From: Marsupella aquatica
Taxonomy: Eukaryota; Plantae; Marchantiophyta
Reading direction: 5' to 3'
Length of the DNA: 64,000 nucleotides
NCBI GenBank assembly: GCA_973895155.1
Contig: OZ316899.1
Location: forward strand, 2,441,573 to 2,505,572
This document shows positions 1 through 12,306 of the stretch, piece after piece (within the stretch, counting starts at the first letter, position 1; every line of letters begins with the position of its first letter). The translations under genes were made by a program, and so were the position numbers. The notes beneath the pieces are model-generated. The model made no database searches and had not been told where the DNA came from. It worked only from the letters and a program-made list of their open reading frames with translations.

Positions 1-200
1 TCTTGGCAAAGTCTTTGATGAAGCAGCGATAGTAGCTTACGCACCCGAGGAACAATTGGACTGCTTTTTGATCGACGGGAAACACAGCCGCCATCCAGGC
101 TGCCACCTTCTCCTAATCCACCTCTATACCCCATTTTGACACACGATGGCCGAGTGACACTCCTTCTTCTACCGCCAAAAAGCACTTGGCCGGATGAAAC
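1..200 (-). pseudogene. Ty3/Gypsy reverse transcriptase C-terminal fragment
   Basis: Manual minus-strand translation: FHPAKCFLAVEEGVSLGHRVSKWGIEVD*EKV...FLGCVSYYRCFIKDFAK. Rejoins the RT at 2997+ once the 201-2996 insertion is removed. Confidence 0.8.
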
Positions 201-822
201 TGTGACGCCGATGACATGGTCCTTATTCTATGATCTGATTAAGTAGGCTGCTGTATGCAAGGAGTAGCTATTGATATTGCATAACAATTAGCAAGCTGGC
301 AAGAATAAGGGCAATCATGGCGTTAAGAGTAGGGATAAAGGTATTTCAGCTTGAAGATTGCACAACCAAGGCAGACACAGTTGAGGTAGTCACTGTCAAG
401 GCCACAAAAGAGAAATTGGGAAGAGAGGATCCAGCTCTTCAAGCATACCATCTTCTTGACAAGCAAGATGGAGCATGGAGGCTCTTCAAGACGCCGGTAC
501 GGAGGTAGGTATGGTAATTCAAGGAAGCGAGTCTCCATAGCTGAATATGAATTGCGTGGTATGGTGATTGTTCTCATGATAAAATCTGAATGTCTTTGGG
601 TGTGTAGCTTCATTTTGTTATTTGAGTTAGTGGTTCATAGTCTAGTCTTAGAAAGTTAGGGAAATAAAAGCTATATCGCGGGTGGTTGGTGACCATATCT
701 CTTTCAATATGTCACCAAATCCAGATCTGTAAGAGCATTGGAAAGATCTGATCAAGGCGAGTAAAATCGATATAAAACACTCGAGAAACGGAGGTGTATT
801 AAGAAAGATACAACCTGATTAG

Positions 823-2695
823 TGTGACGGGTTAACTTGTGGCCAAAATTAGCGGATTCGGTTCAGTTTCGGGTTAACCCAAGCTCGGCCACGGCTTAGC
901 TCATGTGAACACAGCTTCAGCTTAGCTTAGGTTAGCACGGCTTCAGCTTAGCTCAGGTCAGCATAGCTTCAGCTTAGCTCAGGTCAGCACTGCTTCAACT
1001 TAGGCTTAACCCGGGTTAGATTGAACTTGGGTTAGCCTAAACTCGGTCTCAGGTTAGCATAGGCAAGCTCGGGTTCGGGCTCAGCTTAGCCTAGGTTAGC
1101 GGATAGTGGGTAGCGGCCTAACCTGAGACCACGGGTTAGCTCTACTCGGGTTAGATAGGATAGCTAGGTTAGCCAAACTCAGGTTAGCTCTACTCGGGTT
1201 AGATAGGATAGCTAGGTTAGCCAAACTCGGGTTAGCTATGTAACTCGGGTTAGCATAGCAGTGAGTACCCCCTCTCGGTTGTGGGGGCATAACTTTCTCT
1301 ATATATACCCAAATCGGCTATAATTGACCTTGTTGGAAAGAGGAGCTCAAGCTGCTTCCAACTCTACTATCCACGCAGCAAATGGTTGAATAGAGAAATC
1401 GGGAGAGGAGGCGCAAGCTCGCAAAAACCATGGAGGAGGGCCAAATCCGAAGTACATAGCCAATTCGAGATAGAAATAAAGTTGCGAGTTAGGGTTCAGT
1501 AGTTAGAGATAGTGGCGGCTCTGTTAGGGCTGGGATGGGGCTCCAACAACGTAGTATCCACCCATTTGGGCTGAGTATGAGAGTATATAGAGCAGCCCCT
1601 GGTAGAGGCAAGGGGGGGGGAACTTCAGTTGTGTGACCTCACGTAGACTGAGCAGCAGGGAGGAGCTCTGTGCAAGGAAGGCTGGGCTTGGAAGTTGTGG
1701 GTTGGGGAGAGCTTGGTTGTGTTATTACTCAGGGAGTGATTAGTCACGCTTCACAGCAACAGTTGGCCAAGTTTGCAAGCTGGATTGTGGCTCTTTCTAG
1801 TAGGCAACACAACTGGGTTCTTTTCCCCCGATACAGAGCCTTGGTGATAGGTGATGTGTTGGTGATTGTAAAATGTGGGGAGGATTTCAATGTGATTTGC
1901 GGTGAGCACATTAGGGAGGCTGAGATACTGATTGAGGGGCAGCAGGAGGAGCATTTACAGTTTAGTCTAGCAAGGCTATGTGATCCATGGGGAGTCCCGG
2001 CCTTTGTCTGGTAGAGAGCACTAAGGGATTTATGGCCAGAGTTGAGCTTGCAGGGCAAGCGTGAGGTAGATCATCGTTAGGTGTAGATTGCCGTTAGGCC
2101 TCGCTGGTACCAGCTTTGAAGTTGAGTCAACTGTGCATGCGTAACTTGTCATTATGAAATGGAGGTGTGAGATCTGTATGTGCCCCCAAGAATGAAGTTC
2201 AGTGAAGGAGGTTGAGTTCAGGATTGAGTTTGCAAGGCAAGTATGGGATTGGTTCGAGTCCAATATGTCGTCGCAATCTTGAGTGAGCCGGGCTCAGGTT
2301 CAAGATTGAGCTTGCATGGTAAGCATGGGGCTTGCAGGGCAAGCACGTCGTAATTTGGAGTAGACAGCCTTTGGGCCTATTGTTCGGATCAAGTGTTCTC
2401 AGTGAACTATTGTGCACATCTTTGAATCTAATTGAGTTTTTCTCTTCGACCTCATTTCTCTCATGGATGTGTGTGTGTGAGGCAATCTGAGTGTATGATG
2501 GGACTAGCAGTGCCACTGAGAGGTGTACCGGGTGCATTGAAGTGGGTTGGGTGAGGGCTATCACAGCTCTGATTGCTGAGAGTGGAATGGCAGAGTGGTG
2601 GGGCAATGGCTTAGAAGTCCCTAAGCCGGGAATCAGTTAGGAGTCACTGGTTTATGGGTACATTCTGGCGGCGGAATAGAAATATACCTATGACA
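823..2695 (-). mobile_element. Nested solo LTR (1.87 kb)
   Basis: TGTGAC...ATGACA termini; near-TSD ATTAG (818-822) / ATAAG (2696-2700); TATA-like TATATATAG on the minus strand near 1300; no coding domains. Confidence 0.6.
880..1260. repeat. Degenerate short tandem repeats inside the LTR
   Basis: Repeated TTAGC/GGTTAGC units; near-exact ~51-bp duplication (gttagctctactcgggttagataggatagctaggttagccaaactc) at about 1135-1230. Confidence 0.75.
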
Positions 2696-2996
2696 ATAAG
2701 CATATGTATAGACATATGTGCCCCGTAGCGCTAGGCCCTGTGTGTAGGGCCCGGTATGAAGACCCCTTCTCACCAGAACTATCATGAGCACAGGATCTGA
2801 TTCCCAACCTTGATTCCTAGGGATTGAGCTTGGGTGATGTGTGATAGAGTCTTGCTTTGATAGTCTGGTGTTAAGGGCATAAACTGGTGTTTACCGGCCT
2901 TCACAACATCCCTTCGTGATCCTCAGGTATAAGGAGATGATTTTGGCACCCAATAGTGACATTTTTGGTGTTAAAACCCATGTCAATCGCGTGACA

Positions 2997-4429
2997 GAAA
3001 CTTTGCGAAGTCATCAATAAATATTTCCAAGAATTCTCGTCAGAAATCATGGAAAATATTCATCATGAGTCTCTGGAACATGGCAGGAGCGTTACATAAT
3101 CCGAATGGCATTCTACAAAATGCAAACGTTCCCCACTCCATGGTGAACGTTGTCTTAAGCTGATCCGATAGTCGGATCCAAATTTGATTGTAGCCCGAAT
3201 ACCCATTGAGGAATGTATATATCTCGTTACCGGCTACCATATCCAGGACCATGTCCATAAATGGTAACAAGCTTACAATAGTCTTGGCAAATGCAAATCT
3301 TGGGCTTCTCTTCCGTACCTCCCTTCTTTGGTACAATGACGATGGGGGACACCCAATCACTGGCCATCATCTGGTAGATGATATCCGCAGCTAACAGGCA
3401 GTCGATTTCTTCCTTAACCAGGATGGAGTAACGTGGGTTCATGCGACGCTACCTCTATTGCACGGCATGAGCTCCCAAGTTTAAGTCAATTGTGTGTTCT
3501 CCCAGTTTAGGAGAGACACCTGTAAGATCGTGATGGCTCCAAGCGAACACATTGTCATGTTCCTTGAGTAATGATTGAATAGATTTCTCAACATCTCCCT
3601 TCAGAGCATGACCCAAGTTGAAGGACTTATCCATCCCGGTGGTGTACTTCCGGTAATGTTCTTTTTGTATGACTTCTACTTGATTCCGCAAGCCGGGGTC
3701 CAGACTAGCATCTAGTTCAGCTACCCGGATACCTCCGTACATTGGAGGGATGGGAATCGATTTTGGGACCAGGGTTGCCTCTTGCTCTAGCAGCGGAATG
3801 GATGGGTCCCAGGAGACCCGCTTCTTATGCTTTGGCCTTGAAGTTTCAACTTTGGGTTGTGAATCAGCAGCTTCTGGAATGGGTGTACTTGATGCGGCTC
3901 CCTGCTTAGCCGGAGCCGTGCCCTCCGTTCCTTTTGTGTTAATGATCGCTACTAGATGTTTGTCTGTCAAGGTGCTATATGGACCCGTAATGGCTACGTG
4001 TACTGCTTCCTGCGGGTAATTGAGGAAGTGAGTTTCCCAAATTTCCTCTACTCCAAGCACATCCTCTTCCAAAAGGGATGAAATGAGCTTGATCATATTG
4101 AGTTCTTCTTCCTCTGAGGTCTCTGAATCATATTCCTCAGGGCCTTGAGGAGTCTCGCCTTGATAATCGTCCACAACCCAGGAAACTTGTACCGCAGGGG
4201 TTCCAAACCTTAACTCTTTCTTTCCCCAATCCGTGATTACATGGCCTCCGTATAACCATGGTCTCCCCAAGAGGACCGGGTAGGATGACGGTCGGACCGG
4301 CCTCATGACCAGAAAATTTAGGAAAAACTCTACACCCCTACCAGAGTGCAAATCTTGGTGGGCATGCCTAAGGGTAGCACTCTCGCTCCATGCGCTAGCC
4401 AAATTGCACGGGTTGTAGGCTGATACGTG
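2997..4429 (-). pseudogene. Gypsy pol remnant: protease C-half and RT N-half
   Basis: YPVLLGRPWL; VFAWSHHDLTGV; WVSPIVIVPKK; YSGYNQI...RMPFGLCNAPAMFQR; FIDDF. Frameshifted. Confidence 0.9.
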
Positions 4430-4620
4430 GGGGGATCTCTCCGTGACAACAAATAGCAAACAGCAAACAACAAAACTCATACCAGCAAATGTGCACCCAA
4501 AAAAAGACACCAAATGATAAGAAAATATGGTCACATATATTGGACCTGAAGCGGCCATTGAGTACATTTATACTAGCGTTGGGCGCTATAAGGAAAACAT
4601 CCAAATAAAAACCTCTTTGA

Positions 4621-5457
4621 TCTCCCCACAAAGTCTCGCACATTTCTCTGGAGAGTGATTGCACAAGGGCTCTTCACTAACATACGGGCTTTGCGGATGG
4701 GTAAGAGTGATGGTACTTGTGGTTTGTGCCGTAATGCTCCTGAGAGTATACCCCACATTTTCTTTACATGCAAGCTTGCTGCCAAAGGTTGGAATTTGGT
4801 TGCCAGGACTTTTCCAGATTTGATCACTTGGCCAGCAGTTGATTTGAGAGTTCTAATGGAGGCATTTCAGGGCCACAGCCTAGCTCGTTCACTGATCGTT
4901 TTCATGGCGTATCAAGTACTCTGGCACATTTGGCTTGCTCGGAATGACAGTGTATTCAATAATGGCAGAAGTAGATGTTTTGATCTGTTGAAGATATTTA
5001 CGGAGGTCATTGATCAACTCCATGGACTGTGTGAGGATTTAGGCCCCTGCAATAGGCGCACACGGTTGCTGCGGATCAAGGAGGAAATTATTAAGGAACG
5101 CTCGAACTGGGCCCCCCGGGCGGAGGCTCGGTTCTCCTCTTCCTCCTGACTTCCTACTTCAGTCCTAGCCCACTAGACTTAGACTTTTTGTGCCTCACTA
5201 GTGGGATGCATTAGATAGAACCGGTATCTAGGGCTTAGCATGGTTGCTGATACCTTCTGGCCTTCTCACCCTGTGGCTCCTTGCCCGGGGTTTCTTTGGT
5301 ATGAGCTCTCTAGGTTTTAGTTGGTCTTTTGTCACCCGTCTGCCCGACGTGGGCTCCTATGCTGCCTGTTTGGTCCCCTTTCCCGTAGGGTTTTGCGGGT
5401 TTTTTTTGAATGAAAACTTTTATTAAAAAATTAAAAATTAAAAAAAAAACAAAAAAC
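4621..5457 (+). mobile_element. 5'-truncated L1-type LINE
   Basis: 12-bp TSD AAACCTCTTTGA at 4609-4620 and 5458-5469; A-rich tail about 5420-5457; zf-RVT-like ORF. Confidence 0.9.
4655..5149 (+). pseudogene. L1 ORF2 C-terminal zinc-binding (zf-RVT) fragment
   Basis: CGLCRNAPESIPHIFFTC and LWHIWLARNDSVF motifs. Confidence 0.85.
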
Positions 5458-5576
5458 AAACCTCTTTGAACTACCGGCTACAGTAATAGCATCGGGCCCT
5501 ACTCTAATTCGACACGTCACGGCGTTCTTATTTAGTGTCGTCGTTCTCCACGAACGGGTAAAAAAAACAAGGAAAA

Positions 5577-8500
5577 CTAAAGACGAGATCCACAACCACC
5601 ACTCGACTCTGAGCCCGATTCAGAACCGCTACTTTCTGATCTATCAATGGACTCTGCTTTGTCGTCCACATACTTGAATTTTGCAATATCATCTACGAAG
5701 TGATTCTGCACAAAATTTCTATCTGAGCCTCTCCTGACTCTAAGACCCTTACTTTCCCAAGTAAGCGTCCTGACTGAATCTGCCCGTCGTGCCGCCTTTT
5801 CAGCATAAGAGGGGAGAACAAATGGCTTCTCCGGGGTCTGTACAACGTTCCTAGAGACATTCCTTTGAAGTTGAAAATGCCTCCAAAGATTCCACTCTAA
5901 CCTGAGAATTTGAACTGGAGTTCTTTAGTCGAAGCCGGGAAATCGGGCAAACTTTCTAGACAAAAGGGAGTACAGGAGTTCTTTGGAAAAAAGTATACAA
6001 TGAGAGAAAGAAAGCTAAAGAACATTACTCTTCTGACTCTTCACTATCCTCATCTCCAGATCCAAGGTCCACCACATTCTTTGACACCTCATCATCTTTA
6101 GATTGTTGAGAAGCATTGCCACCCTCATCCTCATCTTCCGAATCAAAATTTAGAATAGCACGGAGCCTGTCCTGCTTCTTACTTCCAGGAATCTTCTTAG
6201 GAGGAGTTGGTGCAACCACTTCTTTGTTCTGTAAAAGATCGAGGAAGACCTTACCGGAAGTATCAACAAACTCTGGCCAATTTTCCAGCCCAACAACAAA
6301 GCGACCAGAATAATCTCCAGCCACAAACGTACTATCGGAACCTACTGTCCAGTGCATAACGATATCTCCAGGAATAGTCACCAATTCCAAAATAGTTTGC
6401 ATGAAACCCACAGGCAAGCATGAATTTCCTGCAAATTGGAGCTCAGGAGTCGGGCCATGTCGCGGCAACAATAACCCAATAATGTTAGTGACAGAAGGGT
6501 CTTTTGCATTCGATAATGGCCGGAACTTGGGGTCTTTCGGGACCCTTCCCTTTGTCGAAATGCGGCAAAATATATTAAGAGTAAGTGTGAATATCTGCAA
6601 CACAATTTCCCAATGAAGGCAATCTAAGAAAACAGACACATATATATTAGCGCTTGGCGCTAGTCAACCCTTCATCCTTACGAAAGATAAGTGAATTGTA
6701 GATATAGCGAATGCTAATAGTAGCGCCGGGCGCTAGTATGTGCAAGAGGAATTGTTACCTGAGTATCAGATTGGGGTCTATACATTGGTGTAGTCATGAC
6801 CACATTGTGGGTTGAAATACACTGGAAACACTTAGAATCCTGGCAAGCCGCAATCACTTTAGATACCTGATCATAGTCTCCTCTATGTAAAATTGCAAGT
6901 AGGCCATCGTCTGCCAGGAAAACGGCTCCATGGCTCGGAAGAAAGAGCCAGGAATAGTGTAATCCTGAAGGTTCCACTTGGGAACCTTCCGATCAAGAAG
7001 TGTTGGTTTTAATCCAGCGGGAATGTAGATGAAACCAGCATCCACACCAAAGCCCCTCTCATTTCCGCCACGCATTACTCCCTTCTCTCTGTCTCCTGAC
7101 TTTACCAATTCCTTTCCCCAGGCCTCAACTTTAGTAACCCACATGGGCTTCATCCCCTTGTTAAATATCAAATATATCGTACAATTTGTTTAAATTGGAC
7201 TCCACAAAACAGTGTCTAGAACACCTTCGCTTAAAATTCCCGACATCTCTCTAGAGTCCACATGAAATAACGTCTTGAGTAGATGATGCTGCTCTGTCCT
7301 CACCGACGCCTCTCTTTTTCTTTTTCTTTGTGCTAGTTGCGTCAACAGGGACAATGGATTTGCCAACACCATCTGGGGTCCCTTGATCCGGGGTTTCTTG
7401 AGCTCCAGTGTTTGCCTCCAATGCCTGAGGAGTTGCATCATTCTTCCCTTCGGCAACCGGGACCTCCGTGTCGGACTTTCAACCTCCTGTTAGGCACAGA
7501 AACTTGCATGAGTCCAACCTTTCAGACTAGCGCCAGGCGCTATTAATCAAAGGAATTTCCAAATGAAACTCCCGCATAAGCAGCGCCAACAAGTAACCAA
7601 AAGCGCTAGACTACTCACTTTTCTTGAAGGACCTTGTGGAGTCACTTGGTGCAGCTGACTCATTCTTTGCCTTTGCTCTTGGCTTATGGCTTTGGTCAAC
7701 GTGCATGACAAGAGACTCACAATTCTTTTGTAACTCAGATGCAGATTCGTCAACATCAGACTGGAGACCTTGCTTCATTGCAGACACATAGTTGGCAGGG
7801 ATCTGGGACTTCTGCAACTTCATGAAGGCATCATTCTCAGCTTCGTCAAACGGTAAATCCCATTTGTCTGTGTCGAGGTACCACGGACAGTGAAGTCTCT
7901 CCCTCTCCGACAATGAACGTGGTGGAAACTTTCCCTCTGCTGGGTACATCGAATACAGGTTGGCAAGAGCGTCTCCCTCTTCAATAGACACCCATTTCTG
8001 AAATGCAGCCGGGTATGCCCACAGAGTGTCAGGAGATCTAAGCTCCATCCACATGTAAAACCGGTATAGATATCGTTTGGCTCTCTTCCGGTTCCGCTCT
8101 GTGTAATCTTCCTTGTCCGCATATTTGGAAGGCCACAAGTTGTTGAAGAATTTTGCCTTGACAAGATCCCCAAAGTTTCTGAATTCATCGAGAATGATCT
8201 TAAGCATGGCCTCCATTGACTCACACCCAGACTTTGTGAGACGGTCAGTTGGCATCCGGTCAGAAATCTGTTTGAAGGAAGTGTGAAGCATTCTAGTTGC
8301 AATTCCCTCCAGAGAATTCCAAGTATGCCATGTATGGCACCACTGCTTCACAGGCTCGTTGTTGACACTTGCAGGATGGAAAAACTGTTTTCAAATCTTG
8401 GGAGTGCAGTGGGCTACTAGAAGGGTGCACCTCAATTTTGGATCCAGGTATGAAACAGCAGTAAACAACCTGGCTCGATCCATTGTGCATACAACTGTGT

Positions 8501-9640
8501 CTGGCTTCTTCTCCCGTTTGTTCTTCTCAGTTACGGGATACATCTCAGCACAGGTTCCCAAATAATCTCCAAAATCCGGAGGAAGTAAAGGGGTGATCTT
8601 TGTCACTTTGATCGACCAATCTTTGGTCGCCTCCTTCATCATTGCCTCATGCCTCTTTGTGGTCTCCTCTTCTGACCAAGGAGCCCCTTGAGCTTTGGCT
8701 AAAGCCATATCAGACTTAAATTGATTTGAGTAAGACTTGATTTTGTCCACACACAAAATGTAGAAGGGCATCCTGTGGCATTTTATGTGTAAACCAAGAC
8801 CCCTTTCTCGTCTTCTTTCGGATTGCCTCAAACTTTGCCATGTTTGCGCTGTCGATGAGTGGCTTATAGTGATCAAGATCACGTGACAGAATTTGGGAAA
8901 TTCTATCCACGTCAAGAATCCAGGAAGGCTCGATGACTGCTTGTCCAAGCCTGGATGCAATGAAAAGGAATTAGTAGCGCCGGGCGCTAGCAAAAATTGG
9001 GGAATGAACACTTTTGCAAAGCATGTTTGGTCCAAAATGAATGACACGGGTAACAACAGTTAACGAATAGAACTTACTGGTTCACGGTGTGCATTGCCGC
9101 CTCGAGCTCAACTAGCAAACCTCTGTCACCATTGAAAATGACGCAAATCACACAAGGATGATACTTCAAGTTGTCCGGATTCTCCCTCGTGACAATTGAC
9201 TAGGAGTACAATCGATGATTTCCGTCAAACACACAAAACATTTTATCTTTTAGAATATGGAACGCTGGGTCCGCATCACACTCTTCCTCAAACTTGTCGT
9301 TCTTTTCGACCCAGATTGGATCCCAAGAGTCCCGGATCTCGCTGGTGCATATCTGAGGAACCCCATCAGCATTTGCAGGCTGAACGTAGAAAGGCATCCC
9401 AATGCGCGAGTTGTACCCGGTGACCCAAAATGATTCTTTCAACTTCTCGATCGATGCACTTTCTTTCTGTAAGGTTTGACCAACCTCCATGGGGAGCAAT
9501 CTACACAGAGGAATTTGAGGTGGCTCCTTATCGAATCCTCAAAAATCCTTCCCGAACGACAATGCATGCTTTGATATTATCTCGTCCATCGATAAGCCTA
9601 TGTCACTGACTTTACCCATGGACACCTCCTTAGGGTCCAT
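5577..9640 (-). pseudogene. Spliced ParB/Srx-like + helical region + beta-class N4C/N6A DNA methyltransferase-like gene, with stops and frameshifts
   Basis: N-terminal IPLCRL...GY...DGNHRLYS*...AAMHTVN (ParB-like). C-terminal VDAGFIYIPAG...VPKWN...LADDGLLAILH, then ILELVTIPGDIVMHWTVGSDSTFVAGDYSGRFVVGLE (motif IV before motif I). GT-AG introns at about 8951-9077, 7487-7618 and 6624-6758. The start may lie further upstream. Confidence 0.72.
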
Positions 9641-9949
9641 TCTCCCTCTCCTCAACCTCGGGAAGGGCTGTGCAGATTCAGCTTCAGAAGTTGATAGGGA
9701 CGCAGTCAATCGAGTGACGCGACGGGTGTATACTGAACCAGTGAACAAAGACTGAGAGGACTCAGAATGACCACCATCAGCCTCCCCCATTCTTGTATCA
9801 CCCAGCCAAAAGTTGTCGTGGAGAGCGACTCGACCACCCAGCACTGTCATATGCACCGTGCAGTTCTTGTGACGATCACGTCTCAAAATGTACAGGACCA
9901 ATAAAGGACGCACATATGCACTTGACAACCTCGTACAGTCCGAGGTCTG

Positions 9950-12306
9950 AGCAATTAGACGGACTAAATTATCCCCAACGAGCAATCTCAACCTTGTATT
10001 AAGACACCGATACAATGACCCAGCCATTCGATTACAACGGTCCCAAGTACAGATGGCATTCTCCGATTGGACTTTCGCCAAAGATGCAAAATCTCTGGAG
10101 AGAGCCTGGCGTTTGATGCTAGAGGTTGCCAATGAAAATGGTTTACAGGATGTTACAATTTGGGGATTCATGGCGGACAATGCTCAGGCTGGTTGGAATG
10201 TTGTTCAAAATGTGTTCTTTGACGGTGTACCCGACCCAGAGTGAGAAAGATCAGATGCCTTTCATTTTTTCCAATCTTTTCATCATCATTCTCGAGAAGG
10301 TGTGAAAGAGGGAAATCACGGAGAGCACAAGGAGATGTGAGATCGTCTTCGGAACGCGCCAACTTTCTTGAAAGCATATCGAATCTCAAGGGAAATCGAT
10401 GACTGGTGGAGGTCTGGCAATTGTCACTCAGGCAAACTTCGGATGTTGCAAGGGTGGCTGTCTTGGTGGGTTGTCCAATGGAGACAATGGGGGAACTTCA
10501 TAAGACTGGTGAGTTATACACTGCTCTAGGATGCATGTTCCCATTAATAGCACTCGACGCTAGTGAAGCATGTGTGAGACATAAGAGTTCCTTATCCGCA
10601 AGAGTAGCGCTGAGCGCTAATAATCCGTTTGGACTATGAGTGATGTAAGGACTACCTTTATTTTGTGTTCAATGGTACTTTACATGGAAATATCATCATC
10701 AGTTTATTAGCGTCTGGCGCTACTGTTATTTCCATTGTGTTGCCACTTTTGTGTGCAATTTCTCACATGTACGAAACCCTTGCGTGCAATGTTTCAGAGC
10801 AAGAGTGTCGAAGAAGTTGGGATGATTCCTAATTGTACTGGTTTGGAATCTAGGCATGTTGGAATGAAAGCATGGCAACAGAAAAAAGGTTGGTCTGTTT
10901 GAAGGATGCAAAATGGACCAAAATAGAGCGGTTGCTCAAATTGCTGCTTATACTGCATACAAAAGGGGAGTGAGCAGAGGAACTGGCCCAACTATTTTTG
11001 AGCTTGCCTTCAGATCGGCGGACCTGGCGGGGTCACCGCGTCTCTTTGAGGAAGCCACCAATCTCCTCCTGTCGAACGCTGCTGAGTTTGATTTGGAAAG
11101 AAGCGTTCCATTGAATGGTGATGTTGTAACTCGATCGGTGAAACAAAAAGGACATGCAACTGGGAACGTCTCGGCAGAAGACTCGCACAAGCATGATACC
11201 ATCCTTGTTACTTCACCAAATACAAAAGGTTTGAAAAGGAGAAACCTGCATTCCACTGATTTCAAGAAAATATCGGTGGAATTGATGCGGTCCATAATTT
11301 GTCAGAAAGCAATGCTTCTGAGGAAGTTGTGGTCATTGACACACCTTTGCGTCGAGCAACGAGATCCTCTATCCCACTAGTGACCCCTGCAAGACCTGTC
11401 GAGATTGCATATTGTCATTCAATTTCCCCAATGGAAAGTGAAGTACCTCTTGGTGCCTGGTAGTTGCATCGGACCTCAAAACGGGGTGCGGGTCCAGTGT
11501 GTAACGGAACCCTTGGATGGGGAGGGAGTCGTGATGAATGTCAAAATCAAGTAAAGAAGGTAGGCCTTCCGAATCCAGATGGTGTTGTTGCAATTTCCGT
11601 GAGAGGATGCAGAATGTTCAGGGGGCAACCTTATAACGATCAGATATGGTTTTGCCCCAACAACCACTGTCACCAAAGCACAACAAGGAGAGGAGTCTCG
11701 AACATTCCCAATGTTCCTTTACATCTCCCAATTGCCAGAGGGACCAATCTTTCTGGAGCAGAGATTCAATTTTTGAAAGAACAAGGACTTATTCTCTTCG
11801 AAGGCCGTGGAGATGAAATCGAAGCACCGTTGCCTTCTGCGTTACGGATTGATGTCAATCTTTTCCCGGAGAGGATCAACCTAACTGACCCATCTGCGAG
11901 GTGCGCTTCAAGGAACGAGAAGAAATGCTTGCAAAGAGTGCATCTTACCCAAAGACATTTGAAGAGAATTGAAGCCTCTGAAAAAGAAGTCATGAGCGTC
12001 ATTGGAGAGAGAGAGATCACGAGTGGAAATGCGTCGGGGAAACAGTTTTGTATCCGGACCCATGAACATGAGAGATCAGTTGCCTCTTATTGGGTTCAGA
12101 TATGTTGTTTCCCATGTTGCTCTTGCGAGGATTTCTACCGTCGGCATACTTATCGGAAGCCTTACATGCCTTGCAAACATGTGTATTGGGTGTTCAAGAA
12201 TGTGTTCAAACTGGATGTGCTCGATTTGACATTATGTAGCCAGCCAATTCTAACGTTGGGAGAAGTCCGTTACATACTTGATAGGCAGTTGGGAATGAGA
12301 ATGTAG
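9950..12306 (+). pseudogene. MULE transposase with C-terminal SWIM zinc finger, decayed
   Basis: WGFMADNAQAGWNVV...RERSDAFHFFQS...WWVVQWRQWG (MULE-like core); probable intron 10509-10797; WFCP...GTNL..EI; SWIM CSCEDF...PCKHVYWVF. Confidence 0.75.

Larger units (their letters stand above)
201..2996. mobile_element. Solo-LTR-type insertion in the Gypsy RT (about 0.9 kb own sequence plus a nested LTR)
   Basis: TGTGAC...GTGACA termini; 5-bp TSD GAAAC at 196-200 and 2997-3001. Confidence 0.8.

Noticed and set aside
1611-1632. PPT followed by an LTR start
   Set aside because: It lies inside the TSD-bounded 823-2695 unit, with no upstream integrase and no matching second LTR.
2726-2733. TAGCGCTA here, and TAGCGCCGTTGCGCC near 41064, as further palindrome copies
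   Set aside because: They do not fit the 15-bp consensus (no spacer, or a broken arm).
5577-9640. Bacterial or phage contamination as the source of the ParB-MTase sequence
   Set aside because: The gene has GT-AG introns and sits inside a TSD-bounded plant MULE nested in a plant Gypsy.
6624-10797. Palindrome-bearing introns as introner insertions
   Set aside because: The introns differ in length and share only the 15-bp motif; no common ends or TSDs were seen.
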